The position numbers and the translations under genes were made by a program. A stretch of 59,134 nucleotides of DNA, filler included, from Stramenopiles sp. TOSAG23-6 (taxonomy: Eukaryota): NCBI GenBank assembly GCA_900128565.1. It is 4 parts of 4 records of this genome, joined end to end, with 100 filler letters (N's around TTAATTAATTAA, not from the genome) between each part and the next. Parts side by side here need not be neighbours in the genome. Positions count along the whole stretch, not along the records: positions 1 to 14,783 come from LT636133.1; 3 more parts are not named here. One strand, written 5' to 3'. Positions 1 through 10,223 of the stretch are shown in pieces; position 1 is the first letter of the stretch; each line of letters opens with the position of its first letter. The notes beneath the pieces were generated by a model, which searched no databases, had not been told where the DNA came from, and saw nothing but the letters and a program-made list of their open reading frames with translations.

Positions 1-96
1 TTTTATTTTTTTTCAAATTCGATTTTTTTTTTTATAAAAATTTTGTACCTAACAAATTTTTTTAAATTTTTTTTGAAATATTTTTCCAAAATACAT
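1..96 (+). other. Non-canonical intron, 3' part (5' end outside window)
   Basis: TTTTGTACCTAAC at 41-53 and end motif GAAATATTTTTCCAAAATACAT at 75-96; open frame follows from 97. Confidence 0.8.
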
Positions 97-2175
97 AGAC
101 CCACGGATTGTAGACATCCACAAAATGCGCTAAATTTTATTGTACTACAAAACCAATTACAAATTCAAGACCGACAGCATAATGAACAACACAATATTTA
201 TTCACGTCAAACTACGGAAAAAATTCGAAGGATAGAAAATAAATTACAAAAAATGTGTTTAACTCAATCTGAAAATTCATCGTATAATGCTACTTATCAA
301 AAAAATGTGTCACCTCCACCTGTACCAAACAATGTGTCACCTATACCAAACAATGTGTCACCTCCACCTGTACCAAACAATGTGTCACCTGTACCAAACA
401 ATGTGTCACCTATACCGAATAATGTGTCACCTCCACCTGTACCAAACAATGTGTCACCTGTACCAAACAGTGTTTCACCTCCACCTGTACCAAGTAAAGA
501 TATAATCAAGACCAAGGTGATTCAAAGCTCAAAAGCTTTATTAGGATCACAATTTATCCAACCTGAGCTATCATCACCTTCTAGCAAAGCTTCTGTTTAT
601 CCCATGATACCCTCAGAATTGCGATCATTAATAAAAATGCAACAATCAGGAGATGCATCAAAAGCATTACACTCACAACAGACTTCGAATTCATCTAATA
701 GAACTGATCAAAATGAAAGTAATTGTATATATAAAACTAATTTTATAGACGATAAAGTTGGCACAAACGCTGATATTGTTCAACCATCGGCATTTGATAA
801 AGATAGGACAATCACATTAAACAGTTGTATTGCAACTTCATCAAATGATAATAATGTCTATGATAAACGAAATGATCAGGAATATACATTGAATAATGTC
901 TATGATAAACGAAATGATCAGGAATATACATTGAACAATGTCTATGATAAACGAAATGATCAGGAATATACATTGAAGTATAATGAGCACTCTGAAAGTT
1001 CGAAAATTGTTAGGTACGAAACTGGGCCCAGGTTCAATTTCGAATATAATCAAATGGAACTTGATGAAACTAGTCGTGTTAATGATGATAATAATAATAT
1101 TGAATCTGTAGCAGTTGATAACGATAAAGAATATTCCAGTAGTTATGCTTTTATTGACAATGACATGGAACTTGATGAAACTTGTAGTGTTAATGATGAT
1201 AATAACGAATTTGAGTATAACGATATTGAAGCTGTGCCTTTTGATTACGATGGAGAAAAGTATTGGTTAGCTGAAAACACTGGTGCTTTATATTCATTTG
1301 ATGCACTGACAGAGTTAGATCCCGACGTTGTTGGTTGGCTGGTTTCAAAGCATCCTTTGAAAGTGAGATTTCCTGTACATCCACCATCAAAAGAAGATGA
1401 TGAAGAAGATGAGGAGAGCGAAGAAGAAGAAGAAGAGGAGGAGAGCGAAGAAGAAGAAGAAGAAGAGAGCGAAGAAGAAGAATTGGATAGCGAAGAAGAA
1501 GGAGATAGTGAAAATGATGTAGAAGAGGAGAGCGAAGAAGAAGAATCTAAAGTACAAGAATTACCACAGGATTTAGAAGAAGAATCTAAAGCAGAAGAAT
1601 TAAAAAACGATTTAGAAAAGGAAGAATTAACACATGATTTAGAAAAAGAATCTAAAAATAATTTTCGCAACATTTCAGATGAAATGTGTAACGATAATGA
1701 TGTTGAATCAACAAACATGAGTATTAGTCATGATCATGATGTTGAATCAACAAACGTGAGTATTAGTCATGATCATGATGTTGAATCAACAAACATGAGT
1801 ATTAGTAATGAAGAGGAGCGCAAGGAAATAAATTTGTCAATAACGTCAATAAAAAGTGATGAAGCGAATCATAATAAGACACATCAAAGCCGAGTTGTTT
1901 CGAAAGATTTGACCAGTAAAAATTTCAAGTCATGTAATAACGACATAAATACAAATTTAAAATTGCCAAGAAGAAGAAATCGTGAGGTATATTGTAGTAA
2001 ATCAAAAAGTTTCAAAGGTATATTTCCACGGTGTTCTCTTCGTTATCTTTATGTTCGATACAAAAATGTCAATGAAGTGAAGAATAAATCGAAATTTAAA
2101 ATGAAGGCAACATTTAACACAAAACAATTACATAAAAAAGTAAAGCTTTGTCCTCTGCAGTTTATGTCAATTTGA
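97..2175 (+). CDS. Last exon of a low-complexity acidic/Pro-Asn-rich protein of unknown function
   Basis: Long ORF with NVSP(PPVP), NNVYDKRNDQEYTL, poly-E and HDVESTN repeats; the ORF-track N-terminus (MYLTNFF...) is intron sequence. Confidence 0.6.
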   Translation, partial: RPTDCRHPQNALNFIVLQNQLQIQDRQHNEQHNIYSRQTTEKIRRIENKLQKMCLTQSENSSYNATYQKNVSPPPVPNNVSPIPNNVSPPPVPNNVSPVPNNVSPIPNNVSPPPVPNNVSPVPNSVSPPPVPSKDIIKTKVIQSSKALLGSQFIQPELSSPSSKASVYPMIPSELRSLIKMQQSGDASKALHSQQTSNSSNRTDQNESNCIYKTNFIDDKVGTNADIVQPSAFDKDRTITLNSCIATSSNDNNVYDKRNDQEYTLNNVYDKRNDQEYTLNNVYDKRNDQEYTLKYNEHSESSKIVRYETGPRFNFEYNQMELDETSRVNDDNNNIESVAVDNDKEYSSSYAFIDNDMELDETCSVNDDNNEFEYNDIEAVPFDYDGEKYWLAENTGALYSFDALTELDPDVVGWLVSKHPLKVRFPVHPPSKEDDEEDEESEEEEEEEESEEEEEEESEEEELDSEEEGDSENDVEEESEEEESKVQELPQDLEEESKAEELKNDLEKEELTHDLEKESKNNFRNISDEMCNDNDVESTNMSISHDHDVESTNVSISHDHDVESTNMSISNEEERKEINLSITSIKSDEANHNKTHQSRVVSKDLTSKNFKSCNNDINTNLKLPRRRNREVYCSKSKSFKGIFPRCSLRYLYVRYKNVNEVKNKSKFKMKATFNTKQLHKKVKLCPLQFMSI
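304..493 (+). repeat. Coding tandem repeat (21/30-nt units, NVSP[PP]VPN)
   Basis: AATGTGTCACCT(CCACCT)GTACCAAAC repeated about 8 times. Confidence 0.85.
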
Positions 2176-2400
2176 TTAGACAACCAAAGAAATAATTTAT
2201 AAATCTTAAAAGTTTTCGCAACTGAAATGAATAAAAGTACTATTCATTGAAGATTGAAAGATTGAGTGGTGAATAGTTTAGTAATTGTACATTATAAATG
2301 AGTACACTTAAAATAAAATGAAGATTGAGTAATAAAAATTTCAAATCCAAAACAAAATAATTACTATACTATAAATAATAAGTATGTGTAAAAAGTTTTT

Positions 2401-2508
2401 AATTTAATATATAATATGTTTCATTCCGAATCATTCAATTTAATATATAATATGTTTCATTCCGAATCATTCAATTTAATATGTAATATGTTTCATTCCG
2501 AATCATTC
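2401..2508. repeat. 36-nt tandem repeat x3 overlapping the stop codon of the DUF726-like gene
   Basis: AATTTAATATRTAATATGTTTCATTCCGAATCATTC x3. Confidence 0.9.
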
Positions 2509-5011
2509 AATACATGCCTCTTCCACGACATCTTCCCAATCGTCGCTTGAATGATTTCTGCTGTTATGATTCACTTCGGGTGTAATGTTATGATTACCGT
2601 CATCATCATCAATGACATCTGTTGGATTTTCATCTTGATTTTGATCATTCTCATCGAAATATTCATTTTTATCTTCTCCTTCATCTCCTCCCACTTGGTC
2701 TTCTTTAGAACTTCCAAATATAAATTCATACTCATCAGTACAAATGTCACCGGCTAGTTCAGGGAATATAGCTGCCATATTCTCTGCTTCGTCATCAGAT
2801 AATACGCCTTTCGCAGTAGCAGCACGAGCGAGAGCTGGATAGTCACATGTATTGTCAAAAAAAATGTCAAAAAAAACATGTTAGGTACAGAATTTTTTAT
2901 GTCAAATAAATAAATTTCAAATTCATGATGAAAACATACATGGACTCACCGACGTCATCAAATTTTCTATGCCTGTGGTGCTTACGGATTGATGACCAGC
3001 GGAACCCACGAGATGTGCACATCGTAGTAACCAATCATCAGGATTATACACATTTAATACTCGACCACTAACAACTTTACGAATAGAGTCCCAGGCATAT
3101 ATTGTGAAAAAATATGTTAAAAAAATCGTTAGGTACAAAATTTACTATGAAAAAAAAATTAGGTAAAAAAATTAATTTTGAAAACGTACATCATCTTGAG
3201 CCGATATTGGTAAACCTATTAGTACTACATCTTCAACTAAACCGACTGAGGCTTGCCCAACAGAAATTTCTTGGGCTAACTTTTTTAATGCATGAAATAA
3301 TACAGCAGCGCCAAGAGAAAAACCAACTAAGGAGATAGGTCTCGCGCCGTACTCCCGGCGTGAAATAACTGCAGCAAGTTTATTCCCCGTTTCAATGCTT
3401 TCCTCAGAAGCTTTGTTCCAAATGCGAAGAAAATTTTCTTCAAGTGTTTCATTAGCATTATCTGAGAAAAGGATGCAGTTGAATGGAGATACTACTCGAT
3501 GTTTTAGAAGTATAGGTGATGATCTAAGAAATATAGGCGATGCTGATGGCGGCTTATTTTCTATATTTTCTATATTTTCTAAATTTTCTGGATTTTCTGG
3601 ATTTTCTGGATTTTCTGGATTTTCTGGATTCTCGGCTTCGCTGAAATTTTGCTGTATTTGTTGATGATTGTCTAGTATTTCTGGCATATCAATGAGCTCT
3701 GGAGTAGAAAAGTTAGATGGTGACATCGGTGTACGTAAACCTGATGAAATACTCCCACCATCGCTATCACTGCAATCATTGTCGGAGCGAATAAGATGGC
3801 AATTTGAAAATGTGAATCGAACTGGTGTTGGAGAGCGCCGTGACATAAAATTCCAGTCAACATCTTTACCAAAATGTGGTACGAGACTTTGTATCACTGA
3901 ACCGAGACAAGCGAGAGGTTTATATTTCCATCGTAATGAATACAAATCCCAAAATCGTCTTTTCTGGCCACAATTCTTCATAATGTTATTGACAGATGTA
4001 GGTATCCTCCAATGATTTTCCGTTGTATAACCATGTCCATTCTGAAGAGTGACCCAACCACTAACACATATTGTCAATGCCAGACCGTTTCCTCGTTCAC
4101 ATATCTGAAGGTCAAAGTCATTAGTGAGCAACTGTCGCATTTCTTGGTTTTCTTCATTTTGACGGTGAAGAATTCGCCTTGCGGCTAGTTGTTTTGTTGG
4201 AGGGCGAGGTGGAGCAATCGATCGCCCAAATAATGATCTCAATAATGATTGTCGCTGTGGTAATACATTTGGTGTAGTGGAGAGAGTTGTTACCATTGAA
4301 TGTATTGCATTTCGTGCTACACAGCCAATGTCACTGAGCAGGTTCGTTTTAATGCTTCGTCGTTGAGAAACTCGTCCATTCGCCGAACGATGATGAACTT
4401 CTTCAGCAATTGCGCGATGAGACATGATAATTCGTAACTGTCGCGTGATATCACATTCTGCAGCAAACAGAGTACGTACTGAAATTCCAAATTGATTGCA
4501 TATTCGTCTGAAGATTGTTCGAACAAAAGCGTCGTACCGGCAATTTACAATAGATAAAATTAGCATATCTGCTAAAACATGAAACGTGGAATCTTTCGTT
4601 TCTTCCCACTCAGCGACATCAGGTCTAGAACTAGTCTGAAAAGAGGCAATATCTTCCTCATTGAGGCGTAAATCTTCAGAAATAGTGTGCTTGATGAATC
4701 TTTTGCGCCACTCTTCATTCGGTACATAATTTGTTTGGTGTAGAACGACTTTGGCTAATTTTAGCCTACCCCGAACTTCCATTTTCTGTACGAAAAGTCT
4801 GCCATTTTCAAGACTGTCTTCATTGTCTATAAGTACAAGGTATAAAAATTACAAGAAAATGAGAATATGTTGAACATCACATAAAAAGTATGAGAGAAAA
4901 TGTAATATTAAAATGAGGTTGGATGAGGACTGACTTACCTTGAAATACGATTTCCAGTCGCTGCCGAATACTTAAAATTGGGCTTTCGTTTTGATTCAAA
5001 GTTTCTGACAT
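2503..5011 (-). CDS. DUF726/TMCO4-like alpha/beta-hydrolase-fold protein; exons 5011-4939, 4826-3190, 3096-2940, 2846-2503
   Basis: RPISLVGFSLGA, VEDVVLIGLP and, after intron removal, AWDSIRKVVSGRVLNVYNPDDWLL, all typical of DUF726; every join is in frame. Confidence 0.8.
2847..2939 (-). other. Non-canonical intron GT-AT (93 nt)
   Basis: AT|GTATGTTTTC...CTGTACCTAAC...GACAATACAT|; restores frame. Confidence 0.8.
3097..3189 (-). other. Non-canonical intron GT-AT (93 nt)
   Basis: AT|GTACGTTTTC...TTTTGTACCTAAC...CACAATATAT|; joins SAQDD to AWDSIR. Confidence 0.88.
4827..4938 (-). other. Canonical GT-AG intron (112 nt)
   Basis: CAAG|GTAAGT...TACTTATAG|AC; joins MSETLNQ...VFQ in frame to the main exon; lacks the GTACCTAAC motif. 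Confidence 0.75.
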
Positions 5012-5353
5012 AATGCGTAGCCTGCTTCCTTATACTGTATATAATCTATACAAAAATAATCAGTAATTTGATCGAAATCGTCTACTTGTCAGAAATGTAC
5101 AGATACAGTGTGTTTAACTGAAAAGTATGGGTTCCGTAAGTGTCATGAAGAAAGTTCTTTGGCCGCATGCCTATGTCCGAAATTGATAGAAAATGCGCTT
5201 CCAAATTTTGTGTGAACCGGGTATCACACTTATAGGAGCACACTTGTTTGTCGAGATTCGGAGGAACACTTTGAAAACTTCATCAGTAGAAATCTCAAAT
5301 CGACGGTAAAATTTAATGAGATAGAATAATATATATTAGCTGCTACAACGAGA

Positions 5354-7666
5354 ATGCCGAGGCAAATTAATTTATTTTTTATTATATTGATTTCCTTCAT
5401 GGTAATCCGCACCTCTCAAGCGACTACTGTGACCGCAGCGGTGGATGCTCCCTTTTCCAAAACACCTGCGGATTTGGTGAAACAATTCAGTGGTGCTGAG
5501 AATGTTTTATTTCATGAACCAAATGTCGGATTTGATTGGTCAATGTCATGGGCAATTAAAGATAACACTACAATATATATATCTGTTCATGCCAAAACAA
5601 GTGGATGGGTCGGTCTTGGTATTGTAGAAGCAGCTGGGATGCGTGGAGCTGACATAATGATGGGTCACGTAGCGGACGGAAAGGGAATTGTAGGAGATTA
5701 TTACGCTACTAGTAACGCAAAACCTACCAAAGATGGTTGCCAAGATTGGACAATTCATTTTGCAGAAGAAGCAGGTGGTTATACCCTGCTTGTTGTATCT
5801 CGTAAATTAGTGACAACTGATATAAATGACAGGCCAATAACGACAAGTGGTAAGAAGAGAAGTAGCTTCCTGGCTGCGTATGGTGAGATCGACTCTAATG
5901 GTGAATACATGCAGCATACTAAATCTAACCGAATCAAGTTTGTAATTGATTTGAAAGATGGAAAATCAGTGAATAAAGCAGCATGGTCTGCACAAATGAA
6001 GAACTTACCTAGTATGGCATCTATCGAGTTAACGGCTGGATCCTGTGACGATGTTGATATATGTTTCATTTCAATTTCAATTTTTTTTTTTAATTGTACC
6101 AGATTTCGTGTGTAACGTTTTCTCTTTTGAAATATTTTTTCACATCGCATACTTATCATTCTGATGCTACCGAATTCGATAATCCAGATGCCAAAGGACA
6201 AATGATTGTATCTCAGACGTCTTCATGGCGGAAATATTGTTATGTATGTTTTATTTTTTTTTTAAACAAAAAAATCGAATTTTTTTTCGTACGAAAATTT
6301 GTACCTAACAATTTTTTTTAGATTTTTTTGAAATATTTTTCCAAAATACATGCATCCACTCACAAATGGGGGGTAGATACTTCAGTTTATAAGTATATAA
6401 AAGGCTTTGAAGGTTTGATAAGAACTCCTGCGACAGCGGGGAATGTGGCTAATATCATGTTCAATGCATACACAACAGATAATTGCGTTTACACTGCGAC
6501 TACTCCTCCCAAAACTCTTTGGGTCGGAGGGCTACAGTTTTTTGATGAATTCCCAGCGGGTGTTGGAATGACCTTTACTAGTTACACAAGTTTTGAACTG
6601 CGAATTACATATGATAATCCAAAATCTGAAACTGGCCTCAATGATGATAATGGAATTAAAGTTTGGCTTGACAAAACAAAGATCGACCATGAAGCAGGAC
6701 TCCTTTTATTAGGTGATCCAGCACAAGATTTAGTAAGACAAAAAATGTATGTTTTATTTTTTTTTCAATTTCATTTCGGATTTTTTTTTTCGTACGAAAT
6801 TTTGTACCTAACATTTTTTTTTAGATTTTTTTTGAAATATTTTTTCACAAAATATAAAACTTCCAGAAGGAAGATCTTTTTATACTTTTGAGTGCGACAC
6901 GAAAAAATGGATTGAATCTTCGCCCAGCCCAAGCCCAACGACATCGTTTACTGTATTTGAATCCATTCTTCACATGCATTCAAAAGGAGAGCAGATGTAT
7001 GTACGTTTTATTTTTTTTTCAATTTCGATTTTTTTTTTGTACGAAATTTTGTACCTAACGAATTTTTTTGAAATATTTTTTCACAATATATACGGCGATA
7101 ACAGAGAACAAAAAGGAGAACAAAGTGAATGTAATTGAATATTATGATTATGATCTACGAGATTACACAATGACAGATGTATATACCTTTAAAAAAGGAG
7201 ATATTATAACTACTAAATGTTACTATAATATACCTACAGGTGAAAATGTATATATGTACGTTTTATATAAATTTCTAATTTAATGTTTTTTTCATACGAA
7301 ATTTTGTACCTAACGATTTTTTTTTGAAATATTTTTTCACAATATATGGGAATTGCAGCAAATGAGGAAATGTGTATTGATTTTCTGTATTATTACCCCT
7401 CTGATAGTAAATTATCTACCTACTGTGCAGTAGTACCTAATAATGGCGTGGCACAAAGCATTGGTGGAACATATTTGGGAAATACAAAAATAGATGCTAC
7501 AGAACCTGGGATTAGAAAATTTGGAATTTCAGCTGGTACAGCGGACGATGCGACGTGTGATAAGACTAAAGCAATCATGTCTACATCTGCTATTAGTGTC
7601 GGTAGTAGCATTAGCCCCATGGGTGTAATTTTCATTAGTGCTTTGTTAAGCTCTTTTATTATATGA
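5354..7666 (+). CDS. DOMON domain + copper type II monooxygenase-like (DBH/MOXD1-like) protein, 6 exons
   Basis: Signal peptide; DOMON motif GWVGLG...MRGADIMMG; LHMHSKG and EEMCIDFLYYYP restored after removing five introns; hydrophobic C-terminus. Confidence 0.85.
6059..6150 (+). other. Non-canonical intron AT-AT (92 nt, degenerate)
   Basis: GAT|ATATGTTTC...TTTCGTGTGTAAC...GAAATATTTTTTCACATCGCAT|; restores frame. Confidence 0.7.
6244..6351 (+). other. Non-canonical intron GT-AT (108 nt)
   Basis: AT|GTATGTTTT...TTCGTACGAAAATTTGTACCTAAC...CCAAAATACAT|. Confidence 0.88.
6747..6855 (+). other. Non-canonical intron GT-AT (109 nt; 3' end uncertain by 3 nt)
   Basis: AT|GTATGTTTT...CGTACGAAATTTTGTACCTAAC...CACAAAATAT|; leads into the exon with the HMH motif. 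Confidence 0.8.
7001..7091 (+). other. Non-canonical intron GT-AT (91 nt)
   Basis: AT|GTACGTTTT...GTACGAAATTTTGTACCTAAC...CACAATATAT|. Confidence 0.88.
7256..7347 (+). other. Non-canonical intron GT-AT (92 nt)
   Basis: AT|GTACGTTTT...TTTTGTACCTAAC...CACAATATAT|G; restores YMGIAANEEMC. Confidence 0.88.
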
Positions 7667-7885
7667 AATATATAAGGCATAAAATCCATAAAATCTGAAT
7701 TTTTTTTTAATATATATTTTTCAATTTAAATTTTAAATTGCAAATTCGACCAAAAAAATAATTTCCGGTCAAACTGGTGGTCAACTCAACAGTGTTGACA
7801 TCAACAACACTCTTTAACTCTCTTAGACTTGTTGACAGAATTATAGTGTTTCACTTGAGCAAAAAACAACATTTCGACTTTGGTA

Positions 7886-9836
7886 ATGATGAGCTATTTT
7901 GGCCAAAGTTCACAAGATTTTATCCGATGCGGCATGGATTTAGCTTTGGGAGTTGGCATAGGTTGTATCATAGGTTGGTCAACCGCAAGAAATCAACGGC
8001 CGAGTAGTATCATCAAGAAAAGTAGACCCAAAGTCGGTGTGGGAGTTTTTGTAACAAACCCGAAACATCCAGGCTGTATTTTACTAGGTATAAGAAGAGG
8101 GAGTGATGGTTCAGGAACATATGCTTTACCTGGTGGGCATGTAGAGTTTGGTGAAAGTTGGGAGACCACAGCAGCACGAGAAACTCTGGAAGAGACTGGC
8201 CAAAAAATTACATCCATGAGGTGTGTAACTGTCGATAACTCTGTAAAGACAACTGAAAATTATCATTATATTACGGCATTTATGGTCGGTTCTACTTTTG
8301 ACGAACCCATTAACATGGAACCAGATAAGTGTGATGGTTGGGAATGGATCCTATGGAATAGTGAGTACGTTTTTTTTTTTTAATTTTTAATTTTTAATTT
8401 AATTTTTTTTCATACGAAAATTTGTACCTAAACACAAACAAACAAAAAATATTTTTTCACAATACGATAACTTTCCTACTCCTTTATTTAAAGGACTCGA
8501 AACAATTCGTGCTGCAGGTTTTTGTCCGTTTTCAGATCGGTCCAACTGTTCTCACGCACCAACAATAACGAATGACTCATTTACAGAAAAAGATGCAATT
8601 ATAGCTGCTGTTAAAGGGACGCGTGCTAGATATATGTTTTTTTTTTTCAATTTCGAATTTATTTTTTTATAGGAAATTTCGTACCTAACAATGTTTTTNG
8701 ATTTTTTTTGAAATATTTTACCAAAATAAATTAGCCGTGGTCACTGGAGCATCATCTGGAATTGGAAAAGCTTTTGCGGAACAATTAGTGAAATCTGGCT
8801 TTTTTGTTGTGTGTATTGCGAGGAGAGAAAAAATATTAAAACGTTGTTGTGAAGATATGAATAACTCTGGATGGTGTTCTTCTGTTGCTACGACGACAGG
8901 AAGAATACAAATAGGAACACTTCGGCGTCAAAATGGTGCTGGTTTTGCTATTCCATTTCCTGGTGACGTCACTAATCCAGAGTTTATTACACAAATAGGT
9001 AAAAAAATACATGAAATACTAGGTGGTTCTACTTGGTCTCCTCATCAAGGTAGAGGTATTGATGTTCTTATTCAGTCAGCTGGAACATTCATATGGGATA
9101 ATAGTATTGTACCAAAAACAAGCATATGGAATGGCATGAGAAAACAAAAACAACCTCATGAGGAACAATTAAATGTAAATTTCAATGCAAAAAAAAACAT
9201 TTTTGATATTTTAAAACCATATCTTAAAAGTAATACAATAGTAAACCGCTCTCAAAATGAAATTAGCTTTGGTAGTTGTATGTACGTTTTCAAAATTATT
9301 AGTTACATTATTTTTTTTTTATTTTTTTTTTAGTACTTGTAGAAAATTTCATACCTAACAAAACATTTTTACTACAAACGTTTTTTCCATATTGCATGGT
9401 CTTAATTGGATCACATGCTGGAAAATCTAATTTCGTAGAGGAAATAGAAGCGAAAGAAGGAGTTGGAGCAGCTGATAATGAACAGGGTTATATACAAAGC
9501 ATATATGTTTTATTTTTTTTCAAATTCCAATTTTGTTTTTTATAAAAATTTTGTACCTAACAAAAAACAATTTGAAATATTTTTCCAAAATACGTGCAAT
9601 CACTCCACAAATGGTTTTTCTCATTAGAATCTTCGAGTAATGAGCATTACAATACTGATAAAGGTATCAAATTAATTGATACAATTCGTGTTCTTTTGGA
9701 GGAGCCCGAGCTAATCGACACAACTCTTTCACGGAAGGAATTTTCCCATTTTGGTATTGATTGGTCTGATGTACAAAAGCCTATTGAATTTGCAGAAAAT
9801 ATTCTACGTACAAAAGTTTTCCCTTTTATTGAATGA
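7886..9836 (+). CDS. NUDT15/MTH2-like Nudix hydrolase fused to a short-chain dehydrogenase/reductase-like domain, 5 exons
   Basis: Nudix box GGHVEFGESWETTAARETLEETG and EPDKCDGWEW; continuous frame through four introns into RLAVVTGASSGIGKA (SDR TGxxxGxG). Confidence 0.72.
8365..8467 (+). other. Non-canonical intron GT-GA (103 nt) with GA duplicated at both junctions
   Basis: GA|GTACGTTTT...TTTGTACCTAAA...CACAATACGA|T; gives WNSDNFPTPLFKGL. Confidence 0.82.
8632..8731 (+). other. Non-canonical intron AT-AT (100 nt)
   Basis: AT|ATATGTTTT...TTTCGTACCTAAC...CCAAAATAAAT|TA; links the Nudix and SDR parts. Confidence 0.78.
9282..9397 (+). other. Non-canonical intron GT-AT (116 nt)
   Basis: AT|GTACGTTTTC...TTTCATACCTAAC...CCATATTGCAT|G. 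Confidence 0.78.
9503..9595 (+). other. Non-canonical intron AT-GT (93 nt)
   Basis: AT|ATATGTTTT...TTTTGTACCTAAC...CCAAAATACGT|G. Confidence 0.78.
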
Positions 9837-10223
9837 AAAAAAAAAAAACTGATTGAAATTAGAGAATGTATTTTGGAATTCAAAAATAAAGAATAATGAT
9901 ATTATAATCTTGAGACACATATGTTTTATATCAAATTAGAAATGATTATTTACTTAAAGTATTATACAAATGACAAAATTCTGCCATTTTTATGTATTAT
10001 TATCTACAGGGGTATATATGTATTTAATGAGATGTATTATGTGTACAGACTCTACTCTAGATTTATTCAGTCAGTCTTCTACTAGTATAACAAAGAACTT
10101 GAATCATATTTTCATATGTATATATAAAAGTTTTGTTGGTCATATGTTTGCTATTTACAAGTTATAATTACAAGAACATCATAGTGACTTGTCAATATGT
10201 GAAAATTCAGAAACTGATTTCAT

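Noticed and set aside
43-96. Recurrent ORF-track peptides such as MYLTNFF/MYLTIFF, MKYF...KIH and ...KFCT/NFVPN as a conserved protein motif
   Set aside because: They are translations of the intron core (TTGTACCTAAC, TTGAAATATTTT) and are not protein sequence
2401-2508. CRISPR-like array (36-nt repeats)
   Set aside because: Head-to-tail repeats without spacers, eukaryotic context, no cas genes
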